64,000 nucleotides of DNA from an uncultured Nitrospinaceae bacterium (GTDB lineage: Bacteria; UBA8248), in NCBI GenBank assembly GCA_964005815.1, contig CAXFSR010000036.1, positions 1-64,000 of the forward strand. Direction: 5' to 3'. Below, in pieces: positions 1 to 9,198 of the stretch. Numbering within the stretch: the first letter of the stretch is position 1; each line of letters opens with the position of its first letter. A program made the position numbers and the translations under genes. The notes beneath the pieces were generated by a model. The model had not been told where the DNA came from and did not search any database. It worked only from the letters and a program-made list of their open reading frames with translations.

Positions 1-860
1 GCTTTTACTTCACCAGTAATGTAAGGAGCAGATTTCAGTCTTCTTACAACATTCTGGATAACAGATCTTTTTGTTTTAGTACCAATTTCTTTTAAAGCAT
101 TAAAGTAAATGTCACCATATTTTGTTGGATTGCTTTTCAAAAGCATATGGGCTTTCAACCATCCTCTAAAATATTTCACATAAAGGCCACGATTAGATTT
201 AATAGTTTGTGGGTTACCTACGTGCATCATTCGAGTAGCATCATATTTACAATATGTTTCGATACTTCTAATCATTCCTTTTTGTGCAGCGATTTCATAC
301 TGTGGATCACCAACGATTCCAACATCAGCTTTTCCAGATGCAACGTTTGCTACACGCTCAGTTGTATAAGTACTTAACCACGTAAAATCACCAACGCCTA
401 GACCATATGCAGGAAGAATGTAAGATTTTAAAGCAAAATCTACACTAGTACCTTTTTTAGTTACAAAGGTTTTCCCTTTTAATTGACCAAGGTTTTTCCA
501 TTTTGAATTTTTTGCAACTATAACGTGACTTGTTCCACAAATATTCGCAGTTACGCCAATTGCAGTTACTTTAGCACCTCTAGAAATAGCAGTACTAAAA
601 GGAGAGAAACCAGTTGTGCCAGTATCCAGATTATTCTGAATGATAGCATTCCTCATTAATTTCCCTTGTTTGAAAGAAGTAAATGTGTAATCCAAACCTT
701 CTTTCTTCCAAAATCCGCCTTTATGGGCAACAACTTCGAATGAACCCATAATTGCTCTGTGCGCACCAATACGAAGCTTAGCAGCTTCTGTAGGTACACT
801 TAGACCTAACATAGCTACACCAACAACTAAAGCAAAAACAAAAGTGATAATACGCTTCAT
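1..860 (-). CDS. ABC transporter substrate-binding protein, NitT/TauT (SsuA/NMT1-like) family; 3' end runs off the window
   Basis: Not in the ORF track because it has no stop in the window. Manual translation from ATG at 860 (GGAGG SD at 871-875): MKRIITFVFALVVGVAMLGLSVPTEAAKLRIG...GFWKKEGLD...LKGKTFVTKKGTSVDF. Signal peptide plus SsuA-like motifs. Confidence 0.8.
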   Translation of the reverse strand, partial: MKRIITFVFALVVGVAMLGLSVPTEAAKLRIGAHRAIMGSFEVVAHKGGFWKKEGLDYTFTSFKQGKLMRNAIIQNNLDTGTTGFSPFSTAISRGAKVTAIGVTANICGTSHVIVAKNSKWKNLGQLKGKTFVTKKGTSVDFALKSYILPAYGLGVGDFTWLSTYTTERVANVASGKADVGIVGDPQYEIAAQKGMIRSIETYCKYDATRMMHVGNPQTIKSNRGLYVKYFRGWLKAHMLLKSNPTKYGDIYFNALKEIGTKTKRSVIQNVVRRLKSAPYITGEVK

Positions 861-1025
861 TTTAAAACATCCTCCAATTAAAAGAATATGGCCCTTATAA
901 GAAAGAGCACAAAAACAAAACTACACAATAAAAAGATTTTTTCTATGAATTATTGAGTGATGCTATCAGAAAACAAGATAAATTAAAAGGTTTCGTTTTT
1001 GAAAACAACTACAAGAGAAGACTTA

Positions 1026-1102
1026 TGGCGGGGCTGACGGGACTCGAACCCGCGATCTCTGGCTTGACAGGCCAGCGCGATAACCAACTTCGCTACAGCC
1101 CC
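1026..1102 (-). tRNA. tRNA-Asp (GUC)
   Basis: Reverse complement GGGGCTGTAGCGAAGTTGGTTATCGCGCTGGCCTGTCAAGCCAGAGATCGCGGGTTCGAGTCCCGTCAGCCCCGCCA folds as a cloverleaf with anticodon GTC, a TTCGA T-loop and encoded CCA. Confidence 0.97.
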
Positions 1103-1123
1103 TCCACAAAGTTTAAAAACGGA

Positions 1124-1152
1124 CTTATATCGTGTGAACCCTTTGAAGTCAA
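1124..1152 (-). promoter_or_regulatory. Putative sigma70 promoter for tRNA-Asp
   Basis: Minus strand TTGACT (1152-1147), 17-nt spacer, TATAAG (1129-1124), about 20 nt upstream of the tRNA. Confidence 0.6.
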
Positions 1153-1199
1153 ATAAGAAAAGTAGCATGCAATTTTTTAAAAAACAATAAACTCATTTA

Positions 1200-2240
1200 T
1201 CATTCCAAAGAATTAATATTTTCACCAGATGCCAGACGCACAATTCCTTTCTCTGTAATTAAAGCATCTACAAGTTCAAAAGGAGTCACATCAAATGCAG
1301 GATTGAAAACATTTACTCCATCTGGAGTGATTTTTTTTCCTGCAAATGTCCTAATTTCATCTCCAGGCCTTTCTTCAATTGGGATTTTTTCTCCAGATTC
1401 TGAATTCAAATCGATCGTACTTGTAGGAGCAGCAACGAAAAAAGGAATATTATGTTTCTTAGCTAAGACAGAAAGTGAATATGTCCCAATTTTGTTTGCA
1501 ACATCTCCATTAGCAGCAATCCTATCTGCACCAACTACAATCACATTAATTTTTCCAAGTTTCATGCAATAGCCAGCCATATTATCCGAAATTAGTACTA
1601 CAGGAATACTATCTTTATTCAATTCCCAAGCAGTTAACCTTGCACCCTGTAAAAAAGGCCTTGTCTCGTCAACATAGACATCTTTTACTCGATTATCTCG
1701 AAATCCACTTCTTATAACTCCCCCTGCAGTACCATATCCTGCTGTCGCAAGAGCGCCTGCATTACAATGAGTCAATACATGTGCATTTTTTGGTAATAGA
1801 GAAGAACCAAGATCTCCAATTTTTTTACATATCTCAATATCTTCGATATGAACGGAAATAGCAAAATCTACAAGTTTTCTCATAATTTCTTCGGGGGTAT
1901 TTATATTTTTTATAAGTTTAAGACACTTTTCTATAGCCCAGTACAAATTTACAGCTGTGGGACGAGTCTGACCTAAAATTCTGGATGCATCATTAAGCGA
2001 ATTAATTTGCTTATCTAAACCCATACCTACGGTTCTTTTTGCAGAAAGTGCCATGCCATATGCAGCAGTAACACCAATCGCAGGTGCACCCCTTACAATC
2101 ATATGAGAAATAGCATCAGCAACTTCAAATTCATTCTCACACTTAACATATACTTCTTCATTTGGAAGTTTTCTCTGATCAAGTAGAAGAAGTGTCTCTC
2201 CATCAAAAGAAATTGTCTTGAAATTACCTTCTATCTCCAA
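1200..2240 (-). CDS. mtnA: S-methyl-5-thioribose-1-phosphate isomerase
   Basis: Motifs LLDQRKLP, MIVRGAPAIG, RPTAVNL, LTHCNAGALAT, ETRPFLQGARLTAWEL, GADRIAANGD, NPAFDVTP. TTG start with GAGGA SD. Confidence 0.95.
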   Translation of the reverse strand: MEIEGNFKTISFDGETLLLLDQRKLPNEEVYVKCENEFEVADAISHMIVRGAPAIGVTAAYGMALSAKRTVGMGLDKQINSLNDASRILGQTRPTAVNLYWAIEKCLKLIKNINTPEEIMRKLVDFAISVHIEDIEICKKIGDLGSSLLPKNAHVLTHCNAGALATAGYGTAGGVIRSGFRDNRVKDVYVDETRPFLQGARLTAWELNKDSIPVVLISDNMAGYCMKLGKINVIVVGADRIAANGDVANKIGTYSLSVLAKKHNIPFFVAAPTSTIDLNSESGEKIPIEERPGDEIRTFAGKKITPDGVNVFNPAFDVTPFELVDALITEKGIVRLASGENINSLE

Positions 2241-2266
2241 AAAATCCTCATAGAAATAAAATAAAA

Positions 2267-2563
2267 TTATCTAAAAAGAGCAGCAACTTGAAAAAGACTC
2301 TTTACGAGAAATTCTTGTAAAAAAAGAATTATAAGATAAACAACTATTGGGCTTAAATCAAAACCACCAAGGTCAGGCATTCTATATCTTATGGGTGCCA
2401 AAATTGGCTCTGTTACACGATAAAGGAATTGAACAAATGGATTATAAGGATCAGCTTCCACCCAAGAAATGAGAACTCGAGCAAGTAAAATAAATACATA
2501 AATCCAAAGAACATAACCTACAATAATAGCAATAGCATTTATAAGATTAAAAAAAATAAACAG
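2267..2563 (-). CDS. yggT: YggT family membrane protein (98 aa if started at CTG 2563)
   Basis: The ORF-track start at 2461 truncates the first TM helix. The frame stays open upstream: (CTG)FIFFNLINAIAIIVGYVLWIYVFILLARVLISWVEADPYNPFVQFLYRVTEPILAPIR...DLSPIV. GGAG SD lies 7 nt before the CTG. Confidence 0.88.
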   Translation of the reverse strand: MFIFFNLINAIAIIVGYVLWIYVFILLARVLISWVEADPYNPFVQFLYRVTEPILAPIRYRMPDLGGFDLSPIVVYLIILFLQEFLVKSLFQVAALFR

Positions 2564-2586
2564 TATTCTTCTCCCAACTTTTAAAT

Positions 2587-3405
2587 TTATTTTTTCCCTA
2601 ACTCGTTACTTCTATTTGTAGCCGCAATGACAGCATCTATGACTGAAGAGCGAATACCTCCCTTTTCAAGAGCGTGTAACCCTGCAATAGTTGTGCCCCC
2701 GGGAGAGGTAACCATATCTTTGAGTTTTCCAGGATGCTCTTTAGTTTCAAGAAGAAGCTTAGATGAACCATAAACTGTTTGAGCAGCCAATTTTAATGAC
2801 TGTTCTCTAGTTAATCCAACTCTAACTCCCGCATCAGAAAGTGCTTCAATAAATTGAAAAACATAAGCAGGACCACTGCCTGAAAGTCCTGTAACAGCAT
2901 CCATTAGAATTTCAGGAACTTCTTCTACAATACCTACTGAACTAAAAAGCTCCAAGGCAAGTGACATGTCATCTTCTTTTGTTTCTTTTGATGAACACAG
3001 TGCTGAAGCACCTGAACCAATTAAACAAGGGGTATTTGGCATCACTCTAACAATCTTTGCATTTTCACCAAAATTCTCCAGGAACCTTGAAATAGGAATT
3101 CCTGCAGCGATAGAAATAACTATTTGACCTTTATAAAAATTCACTATAGAAGATAAAACTCCATCTATAACTTGTGGTTTAACTGCAATAAGCAAAATAT
3201 CAGAATCTAAAATAAATTCTCCGTATTCCGAAAAAACATTAAGAGTATGCTCTTCTCTAAGATAATCCGCTCTCTCTTTTAGCGGTTCTATCACATTAAT
3301 ATTCTGAAGTTTTGCAAATTTTGTCTTTATAATACCAAGACAAAGAGCTTCTCCCATCCTACCGCCACCTACAACTGTAATTTTATGATCAGTCATTTTA
3401 TACAC
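2587..3405 (-). CDS. proC: Pyrroline-5-carboxylate reductase
   Basis: GGGRMG Rossmann motif, [30 protein letters not shown]. Confidence 0.96.
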   Translation of the reverse strand: MYKMTDHKITVVGGGRMGEALCLGIIKTKFAKLQNINVIEPLKERADYLREEHTLNVFSEYGEFILDSDILLIAVKPQVIDGVLSSIVNFYKGQIVISIAAGIPISRFLENFGENAKIVRVMPNTPCLIGSGASALCSSKETKEDDMSLALELFSSVGIVEEVPEILMDAVTGLSGSGPAYVFQFIEALSDAGVRVGLTREQSLKLAAQTVYGSSKLLLETKEHPGKLKDMVTSPGGTTIAGLHALEKGGIRSSVIDAVIAATNRSNELGKK

Positions 3406-3434
3406 TCACTTAATATCAGGCATGTAAACATAAT

Positions 3435-4163
3435 CTATCTTCTTTCACCAAAAATTGCAGACCCAACCCTAACATGTGTTGCCCCTTCCTCAATAGCTAC
3501 TTCAAAATCATTTGACATTCCCATTGATAGATCAGTGACACCTTCAAAACCATTCTCTTGAATTTCATCTCTTAAAGAACAAAGTTTTCGAAAGTGAATC
3601 CTACTATCTTCAGGATTTTTCGAAAAAGGAGGAATACACATTAGACCTTTCACATAAACATAAGGTACTGTACGAATCAATTTAATCAAATTAAGAACAT
3701 CTTTAAAAAATACTCCATTTTTTTGAGATTCCTCTCCAGTATTCACTTGTATATAGATATTTAATGGCTTACGAATTATTTTTTCTGCAAACCGTGAAAT
3801 TTCCTTAGCCAAAGAAACAGAATCTACTGATTCTACAATATCAAATAAACCCGGAACTATTTTTACCTTATTTTTTTGTAGTTTTCCAATCAAACGCCAT
3901 TCTAGTCCATTAGCAATATTTGGATCCATATCTAACCGTTTATCTCTAGCCTCTTGGACACGATTTTCTCCTATTATGAAACTCCCTGCATGAAAAATTT
4001 CTTCTATCTTTTCTACACTCTGTGTCTTTGTAACTGACACCAGTTTCACTTCTTTCGACGAACGATTCACACGTTCTGCAGATTCTTTTATCCTTTGTTT
4101 AACACTTTCAAGATTGCTGTAAATCCGAGAATTTTCCATAATTTTTACAGAATTCCTTTTCAA
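3435..4163 (-). CDS. yggS: PLP homeostasis protein (YggS/PROSC family)
   Basis: VSVTKT (PLP lysine), [50 protein letters not shown]. Confidence 0.95.
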   Translation of the reverse strand: MKRNSVKIMENSRIYSNLESVKQRIKESAERVNRSSKEVKLVSVTKTQSVEKIEEIFHAGSFIIGENRVQEARDKRLDMDPNIANGLEWRLIGKLQKNKVKIVPGLFDIVESVDSVSLAKEISRFAEKIIRKPLNIYIQVNTGEESQKNGVFFKDVLNLIKLIRTVPYVYVKGLMCIPPFSKNPEDSRIHFRKLCSLRDEIQENGFEGVTDLSMGMSNDFEVAIEEGATHVRVGSAIFGERR

Positions 4164-4954
4164 ATTAAAAGAATTAAAGAAGTTTGTCTTCCTACTCCTT
4201 TACCTTCTCTTCTATACGAGAAGAAATTATTTTTGTTTCTAAATGTACAAGGTCCAGGACTTCCTATTCTTTCTCTTTTTATCCCTAAATTTAAAAACTG
4301 TTCGAAAACAATTTTTGGTAAATCAATATGCCATTTTCCATTTTCTTTTTGAAAAACTGCGTTTTTTGCTTCAGGAATAGTCTGATTGAAAGGAATAATA
4401 CATTCATAGCTAACTTCGTAGGAACTTCCACAAATACCTGGTCCAATCGCCACTAATAAATTAGATGGTTTACAACCATATTCAAGTTTCAACTTTTTTA
4501 CCGTTTCTTCAATAATACCTTTTAAAATTCCTTTTCTACCCGCATGCACCGCTGCTATTGCTCTTAAATGTTTGTCAACTATAAGGACAGGCAAACAATC
4601 GGCAGTTTCAATAGTAAGAATCAAGCCAGATTCATTTGACACAACCGCATCTGCAGTGTTTGAACTTCCATTTTTGATTTCTTCAGTACTAATGACCCTA
4701 GAACTATGCACCTGCTTAAGATGAACAAATGAACTAAGATACTTGTCAAAAAAATCGGAATTTAATTCTTCACCTTTAAACAACATTTCTAACAAGTTTG
4801 AATTCTGGATTTTTTTCGCGAAAAAATTTTGCACATCATTTTTAGGACATAAGTCTCTTGTGCCAAATCCATGCGCAACAAAATCCAAAGAATCTAATAA
4901 TGGAGATGTAAAAAAAGTCATATCCCCAAGATTGTACTCGCATAGTTCATTCAA
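4160..4954 (-). CDS. pgeF: PgeF/YfiH family protein (purine nucleoside phosphorylase-like, peptidoglycan editing factor)
   Basis: QVHS, TADCLPVL, VHAGRKG, IGPGIC, CT...FFSYRR motifs; lies directly downstream of ftsZ. Confidence 0.92.
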   Translation of the reverse strand: MNELCEYNLGDMTFFTSPLLDSLDFVAHGFGTRDLCPKNDVQNFFAKKIQNSNLLEMLFKGEELNSDFFDKYLSSFVHLKQVHSSRVISTEEIKNGSSNTADAVVSNESGLILTIETADCLPVLIVDKHLRAIAAVHAGRKGILKGIIEETVKKLKLEYGCKPSNLLVAIGPGICGSSYEVSYECIIPFNQTIPEAKNAVFQKENGKWHIDLPKIVFEQFLNLGIKRERIGSPGPCTFRNKNNFFSYRREGKGVGRQTSLILLI

Positions 4955-4982
4955 ATTCTAAACTCTCTAGAAAGAAAAACTC

Positions 4983-6128
4983 TTAATCTGCTTGTCTCCT
5001 TAAGAAAGTAGGGACATCTAAATCATCTTCCTCAAACTGAAAACCCAAGTTCGTTTTATTATTTTTCATTCTGACATAAGCAGGAACAGAGATATCTGCA
5101 CCATCAGTTCCAGTTGCTTCAATAGTAGTCTCTTCAACAATTGAAACTTCAGGTGAAACAGCATCGTGAAAACCAGTAGCTATTACTGTTACTCGCACAG
5201 AATCTCCAATTGACGAATCAATTACAGAACCAAAAATTACGTTTGCATCTTCATGAGCAGTTTCATATATAAGAGTACAAGCCTCATTCACTTCATGTAG
5301 TGCAAGAGTCTCTCCTCCAGAAATGTTTATCAAAACTCCTCTTGCACCCTGTATAGTTGCCTCTTCAAGTAGAGGACTACTAATCGCCTTCTGCGCGGCA
5401 TTAATAGCTCTATTCTCACCTGCACTAACTCCACTTCCCATAAGAGCCATACCACCCATATCTCTCATAATTGTTCTTACATCTGCAAAGTCAAGATTTA
5501 TAAGACCAGGAGTAGTTATTAAGTCAGCTATTCCCTTACATGCTTGCAATAAAATGTCATTTGCTTTATCGAATGCATCAAGCATAGGAGTCGATTTATC
5601 AACCATACCCAAAAGACGTTGATTAGGAATTGTAATTAATGTATTTACCGAATCTCTTAGTTCTGCAATTCCTGATTCTGCCTGGGATTGCCTTTTAGGG
5701 CCCTCAAAATCGAACGGTCTAGTTACAACTCCTACGGTGAGTATTCCTGCTTCTTTTGCAATTCTAGCAATTACGGGGGCCGCTCCAGTACCTGTTCCTC
5801 CACCCATTCCCGCAGTTACAAACACCATATCCAAATCTCTCATTAAACTTGTCAACCTTTCAGTATCTTCCATAGCAGATTTACGTCCAATATCTGGGTT
5901 TCCACCTGCACCTAATCCCTTCGTTACTTCTGTCCCTATCTGAATTTTTTCCTTTGCTAATGATTGCTCCAACACCTGAGCGTCCGTATTTGCAACTGCA
6001 AATTCCACTCCTTCCATTCCAGAGGAAATCATTGTATTAACTGCATTTCCTCCTCCTCCTCCTACACCAATTACTGCAATTCTGGCGCGACATGAAACTT
6101 CTTCATCAAGTTCAAAAAAATTACTCAT
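4983..6128 (-). CDS. ftsZ: Cell division protein FtsZ
   Basis: [18 protein letters not shown] tubulin signature, INLDFADV, C-terminal peptide [13 protein letters not shown]. Confidence 0.99.
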   Translation of the reverse strand: MSNFFELDEEVSCRARIAVIGVGGGGGNAVNTMISSGMEGVEFAVANTDAQVLEQSLAKEKIQIGTEVTKGLGAGGNPDIGRKSAMEDTERLTSLMRDLDMVFVTAGMGGGTGTGAAPVIARIAKEAGILTVGVVTRPFDFEGPKRQSQAESGIAELRDSVNTLITIPNQRLLGMVDKSTPMLDAFDKANDILLQACKGIADLITTPGLINLDFADVRTIMRDMGGMALMGSGVSAGENRAINAAQKAISSPLLEEATIQGARGVLINISGGETLALHEVNEACTLIYETAHEDANVIFGSVIDSSIGDSVRVTVIATGFHDAVSPEVSIVEETTIEATGTDGADISVPAYVRMKNNKTNLGFQFEEDDLDVPTFLRRQAD

Positions 6129-6171
6129 TACTCACTCCCTTTTTCCTTGGACGTTGGGAAACCTTTTTAAA

Positions 6172-7431
6172 TTATTTAAAGATACTATTTAAAGCATCCT
6201 TGATTTTTAAAGTTATTCCTCCACTATTTCCATTCATTAACCCATTTGGAAACCAATTCTTTTGTTCTTTTTCTCCATTCTCTGAAGCATACATTACCAA
6301 ACCTACTGCTGTTGAATATAAAGGTTGATTGACCATATCAACCAGTCCACCTATACCACTTGGAGAACCTCTTCTTACAGGGAGTTGAAGAACAGTCTCC
6401 GCTAAATCTTCTATTCCATCAATAATACTTGCCCCACCAGTTAAAACTACACCTGCAGGAAGCAAATCCTCCATTCCACTTTTTTGGATGGACCTTCTAA
6501 TATATGTGAGAATCTCTTCTAAACGAGGTTGAATAATTTCTGCAAGTATTTGACGACTTAGAATTCTTGGCTCTCTTCCACCAACGCTAGGAACCTCTAT
6601 ATTTTGTTGTCCAGTCAAACGTGAAGCTAGGGCATACCCATGTTCTTTTTTAATTCTTTCTGCCTGATAATCCGGGGTTCTAAGTCCTATTGCAATATCA
6701 CGAGTAATATGACTTCCCCCTACTGGAATAACTTGAGCGTATCTCATCACGCCAGAACTTATAACAGCAACATCTGAGGTTCCACTTCCAATATCAACTA
6801 CTGCAACTCCAAGATCTCGTTCGTCTTCACTAAGAGCAGCTAAAGAGGAAGCAAGGGGTTGTAAAACAAGACGTTCGACCATTAAACCGGCTCTTTCAAC
6901 ACTTCTAACTATATTTTGAATAGAGGGAACAGAGCCTGTAACTATATGAACTTTACATTCTAAACGAACACCGGCCATGCCGACAGGTTCCGTAATACTT
7001 TCTTGTTCGTCTACAACATATTCTTGCGGCAACACATGTATAATTTGATGATCAGTAGGCATTGTAATAGCTCTTGCCTGTTCAATAACTCTCTGCACAT
7101 CTTCTTTTGAGACTATTTTGTTTTTTATCGCAACAATTCCATTTGTATCTAAACTTTTAATGTGGGGACCTGAAATTCCTATATTCGCGTGTTTGATCTG
7201 AAAACCGCTAATAAATTCAGCTTCCTCGACTGCGGCACAAATAGATTCTACAGTTTGATCAATATTGACTACGGAACCCTTATTTAATCCTTTTGATGGA
7301 TGCTTTCCCAGCCCTACTATCTCTAAAGTACCTTCATCATTAAATTCAGCAACAACTGCACAAATTTTTGAAGTACCTATATCCAACCCAACAAACATTT
7401 CATTACTCTTACTCATCCCTTTATCCCCCAT
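6172..7431 (-). CDS. ftsA: Cell division protein FtsA
   Basis: GLDIGTSKI, VDIGSGTSD, VVLTGG actin-fold motifs; C-terminal amphipathic helix. The start may be the second Met (MSKSNE). Confidence 0.97.
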   Translation of the reverse strand: MGDKGMSKSNEMFVGLDIGTSKICAVVAEFNDEGTLEIVGLGKHPSKGLNKGSVVNIDQTVESICAAVEEAEFISGFQIKHANIGISGPHIKSLDTNGIVAIKNKIVSKEDVQRVIEQARAITMPTDHQIIHVLPQEYVVDEQESITEPVGMAGVRLECKVHIVTGSVPSIQNIVRSVERAGLMVERLVLQPLASSLAALSEDERDLGVAVVDIGSGTSDVAVISSGVMRYAQVIPVGGSHITRDIAIGLRTPDYQAERIKKEHGYALASRLTGQQNIEVPSVGGREPRILSRQILAEIIQPRLEEILTYIRRSIQKSGMEDLLPAGVVLTGGASIIDGIEDLAETVLQLPVRRGSPSGIGGLVDMVNQPLYSTAVGLVMYASENGEKEQKNWFPNGLMNGNSGGITLKIKDALNSIFK

Positions 7432-8245
7432 ATTCCAATATTGGCCTCATGATTACACGAGAAGGAAATGTAAGGTCAAAGAAAAGGCGGTTACCTGCAA
7501 CTCGAATTCTATCCGGGAACAGTTCAAATATAGAAATCAGACGTGCTATTTGAGAAATTAATTTCTCGTGTGATATTTTGATGTCGAAAGATTGCTTCAT
7601 AAATCTCAATAAGAAAAATCCATCTTCCGTCTTTTTTATAGAAAAACATTTATTATTGAACCATGTTAATTTTTGTAAAACCTGAAGTATGAAAAGAATC
7701 TTGCTCATATCATCATTTTCAAAAGAAGTACCTATCTCTTTTTCTGAAAAACCATCTACTCTTGGCAAACATGGTTTTTTTAATAAAGGCATATTCCCAA
7801 GTACCATTCCCTCCGAATCTATTGCGTTTTCATTTTTTCCTTTAATTAAAGCAACAGGTTCTCTTTCATTAATAGAAATATCTAGAACGCCTGGATATTT
7901 TATTTTCACATTTGAAGACTCTATCCAAATATTTCTTTCTAAAATCTTACCAATAGACTCTAAATTTATATTAAAAATATTTGCGTCCTGCGACAAATTC
8001 ATAGAGTTAATAATTTTTTCAGGGCTAGTATAATGCGACCCATCAATAATTATTTTTTTTAATCGATAATGATTGTTTGTTCGCAAAAAAAGAAATAAGT
8101 GCAATAAAATCAGAAAAAATTCAATACAAATTAACGCGTGTATACATTTTTTAAGTGAAACTTGGCGATTTTTCTCTAAAGAAATTGAATTTTCTCTCAA
8201 TCTAAACACCATATCTCCTCTTATAACAATCAAGCATGGGAACAA
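7421..8245 (-). CDS. ftsQ: Cell division protein FtsQ/DivIB (divergent)
   Basis: N-terminal TM helix, POTRA-like region (WIESSNVKIKYPGVLDISINEREPVA), position between murB and ftsA. The real start is probably ATG 8212 or GTG 8209 after the GAGGAG SD. Confidence 0.8.
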   Translation of the reverse strand: MFPCLIVIRGDMVFRLRENSISLEKNRQVSLKKCIHALICIEFFLILLHLFLFLRTNNHYRLKKIIIDGSHYTSPEKIINSMNLSQDANIFNINLESIGKILERNIWIESSNVKIKYPGVLDISINEREPVALIKGKNENAIDSEGMVLGNMPLLKKPCLPRVDGFSEKEIGTSFENDDMSKILFILQVLQKLTWFNNKCFSIKKTEDGFFLLRFMKQSFDIKISHEKLISQIARLISIFELFPDRIRVAGNRLFFDLTFPSRVIMRPILEYGG

Positions 8246-9174
8246 ATCCGTGTTGGACTTTCTTCTTCTCCAATTATGTTAAGTTCTAAATTCAAATCAA
8301 TATTTTTTTGTTTCTTCACTGTCCGTTGAATTTCATCAATAAGGGCAAGCATATCCGATGATTTTGCCCCACCAGTATTTACTAAAAAATTTGCATGTAC
8401 TTCACTAACCATAGCTGAACCAATACTTAGTTTCTTGAGACCACATTCTTCTATTAATCTTCCAGCTTTATCATTTAGAGGATTTTTAAAAATTGAACCT
8501 GCACATGGTCTTCCCCAAGGCTGTTTTTTCTTTCTACTGCTTAAATTTTGTTCATATAAATCTTCTAATTTTTCTTTACTTCCCCGCTTTAATCTAAGAA
8601 TTGAAGAAATGACTACCCCGGGAGCAGGCAATTTAGTTGCTCTATAAGAAAATTCAATTTCTTCTTTACTGAGTGTCTTCATTTTCCTTTCTCCAAACGG
8701 TAACCAAAGAACACTCTCAATCAAATCCTCTACATATTGAGTGGCAGTTCCAGCATTCATCATTAACGCACCTCCAAAAGTACCTGGAATTCCCATTAAT
8801 CTTTCGACACCTGAAAGTCCATTTGAAATCCCAAACCGAACTAGAGAAGGAATTTTTTCAAATGCTCCAACAGCAACAAGAACTTCATCTTTATTTTCCA
8901 GCAAAACCTCTAAACCCTTAAAATTTTTTGACAAACTAATAACTAAGCCTCTTACTCCACCATCTAAAATTAGTGTATTCGCACCTCCACCAAGAACAGT
9001 TATTGGTAAATTGAAATTTTGAGAAATTTTCAAAAGAGGAAATAAATCCTTTTCGTGTTCTGGAAAAGCTAAAAAATCTGCCTGACCTCCAATTTGCAAA
9101 GTTGTGTAAGGTGCAAGAAGTTCATCAAACAAAACTTCAAAAGGCATCCTAGAAAATTCAGTTTTTAAATCCAT
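8230..9174 (-). CDS. murB: UDP-N-acetylenolpyruvoylglucosamine reductase
   Basis: TTLQIGG, LGGGAN, GIPGTFGGALMMNAG, FSYR, AGSIFKNP, HANFLVN. Confidence 0.96.
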   Translation of the reverse strand: MDLKTEFSRMPFEVLFDELLAPYTTLQIGGQADFLAFPEHEKDLFPLLKISQNFNLPITVLGGGANTLILDGGVRGLVISLSKNFKGLEVLLENKDEVLVAVGAFEKIPSLVRFGISNGLSGVERLMGIPGTFGGALMMNAGTATQYVEDLIESVLWLPFGERKMKTLSKEEIEFSYRATKLPAPGVVISSILRLKRGSKEKLEDLYEQNLSSRKKKQPWGRPCAGSIFKNPLNDKAGRLIEECGLKKLSIGSAMVSEVHANFLVNTGGAKSSDMLALIDEIQRTVKKQKNIDLNLELNIIGEEESPTRICSHA

Positions 9175-9198
9175 TCTTTCCTCAACACATAAAAAAAC

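Noticed and set aside
953..1168. ORFs 953-1156 (+) and 983-1168 (-)
   Set aside because: They overlap tRNA-Asp and its promoter; the translations derive from tRNA sequence.
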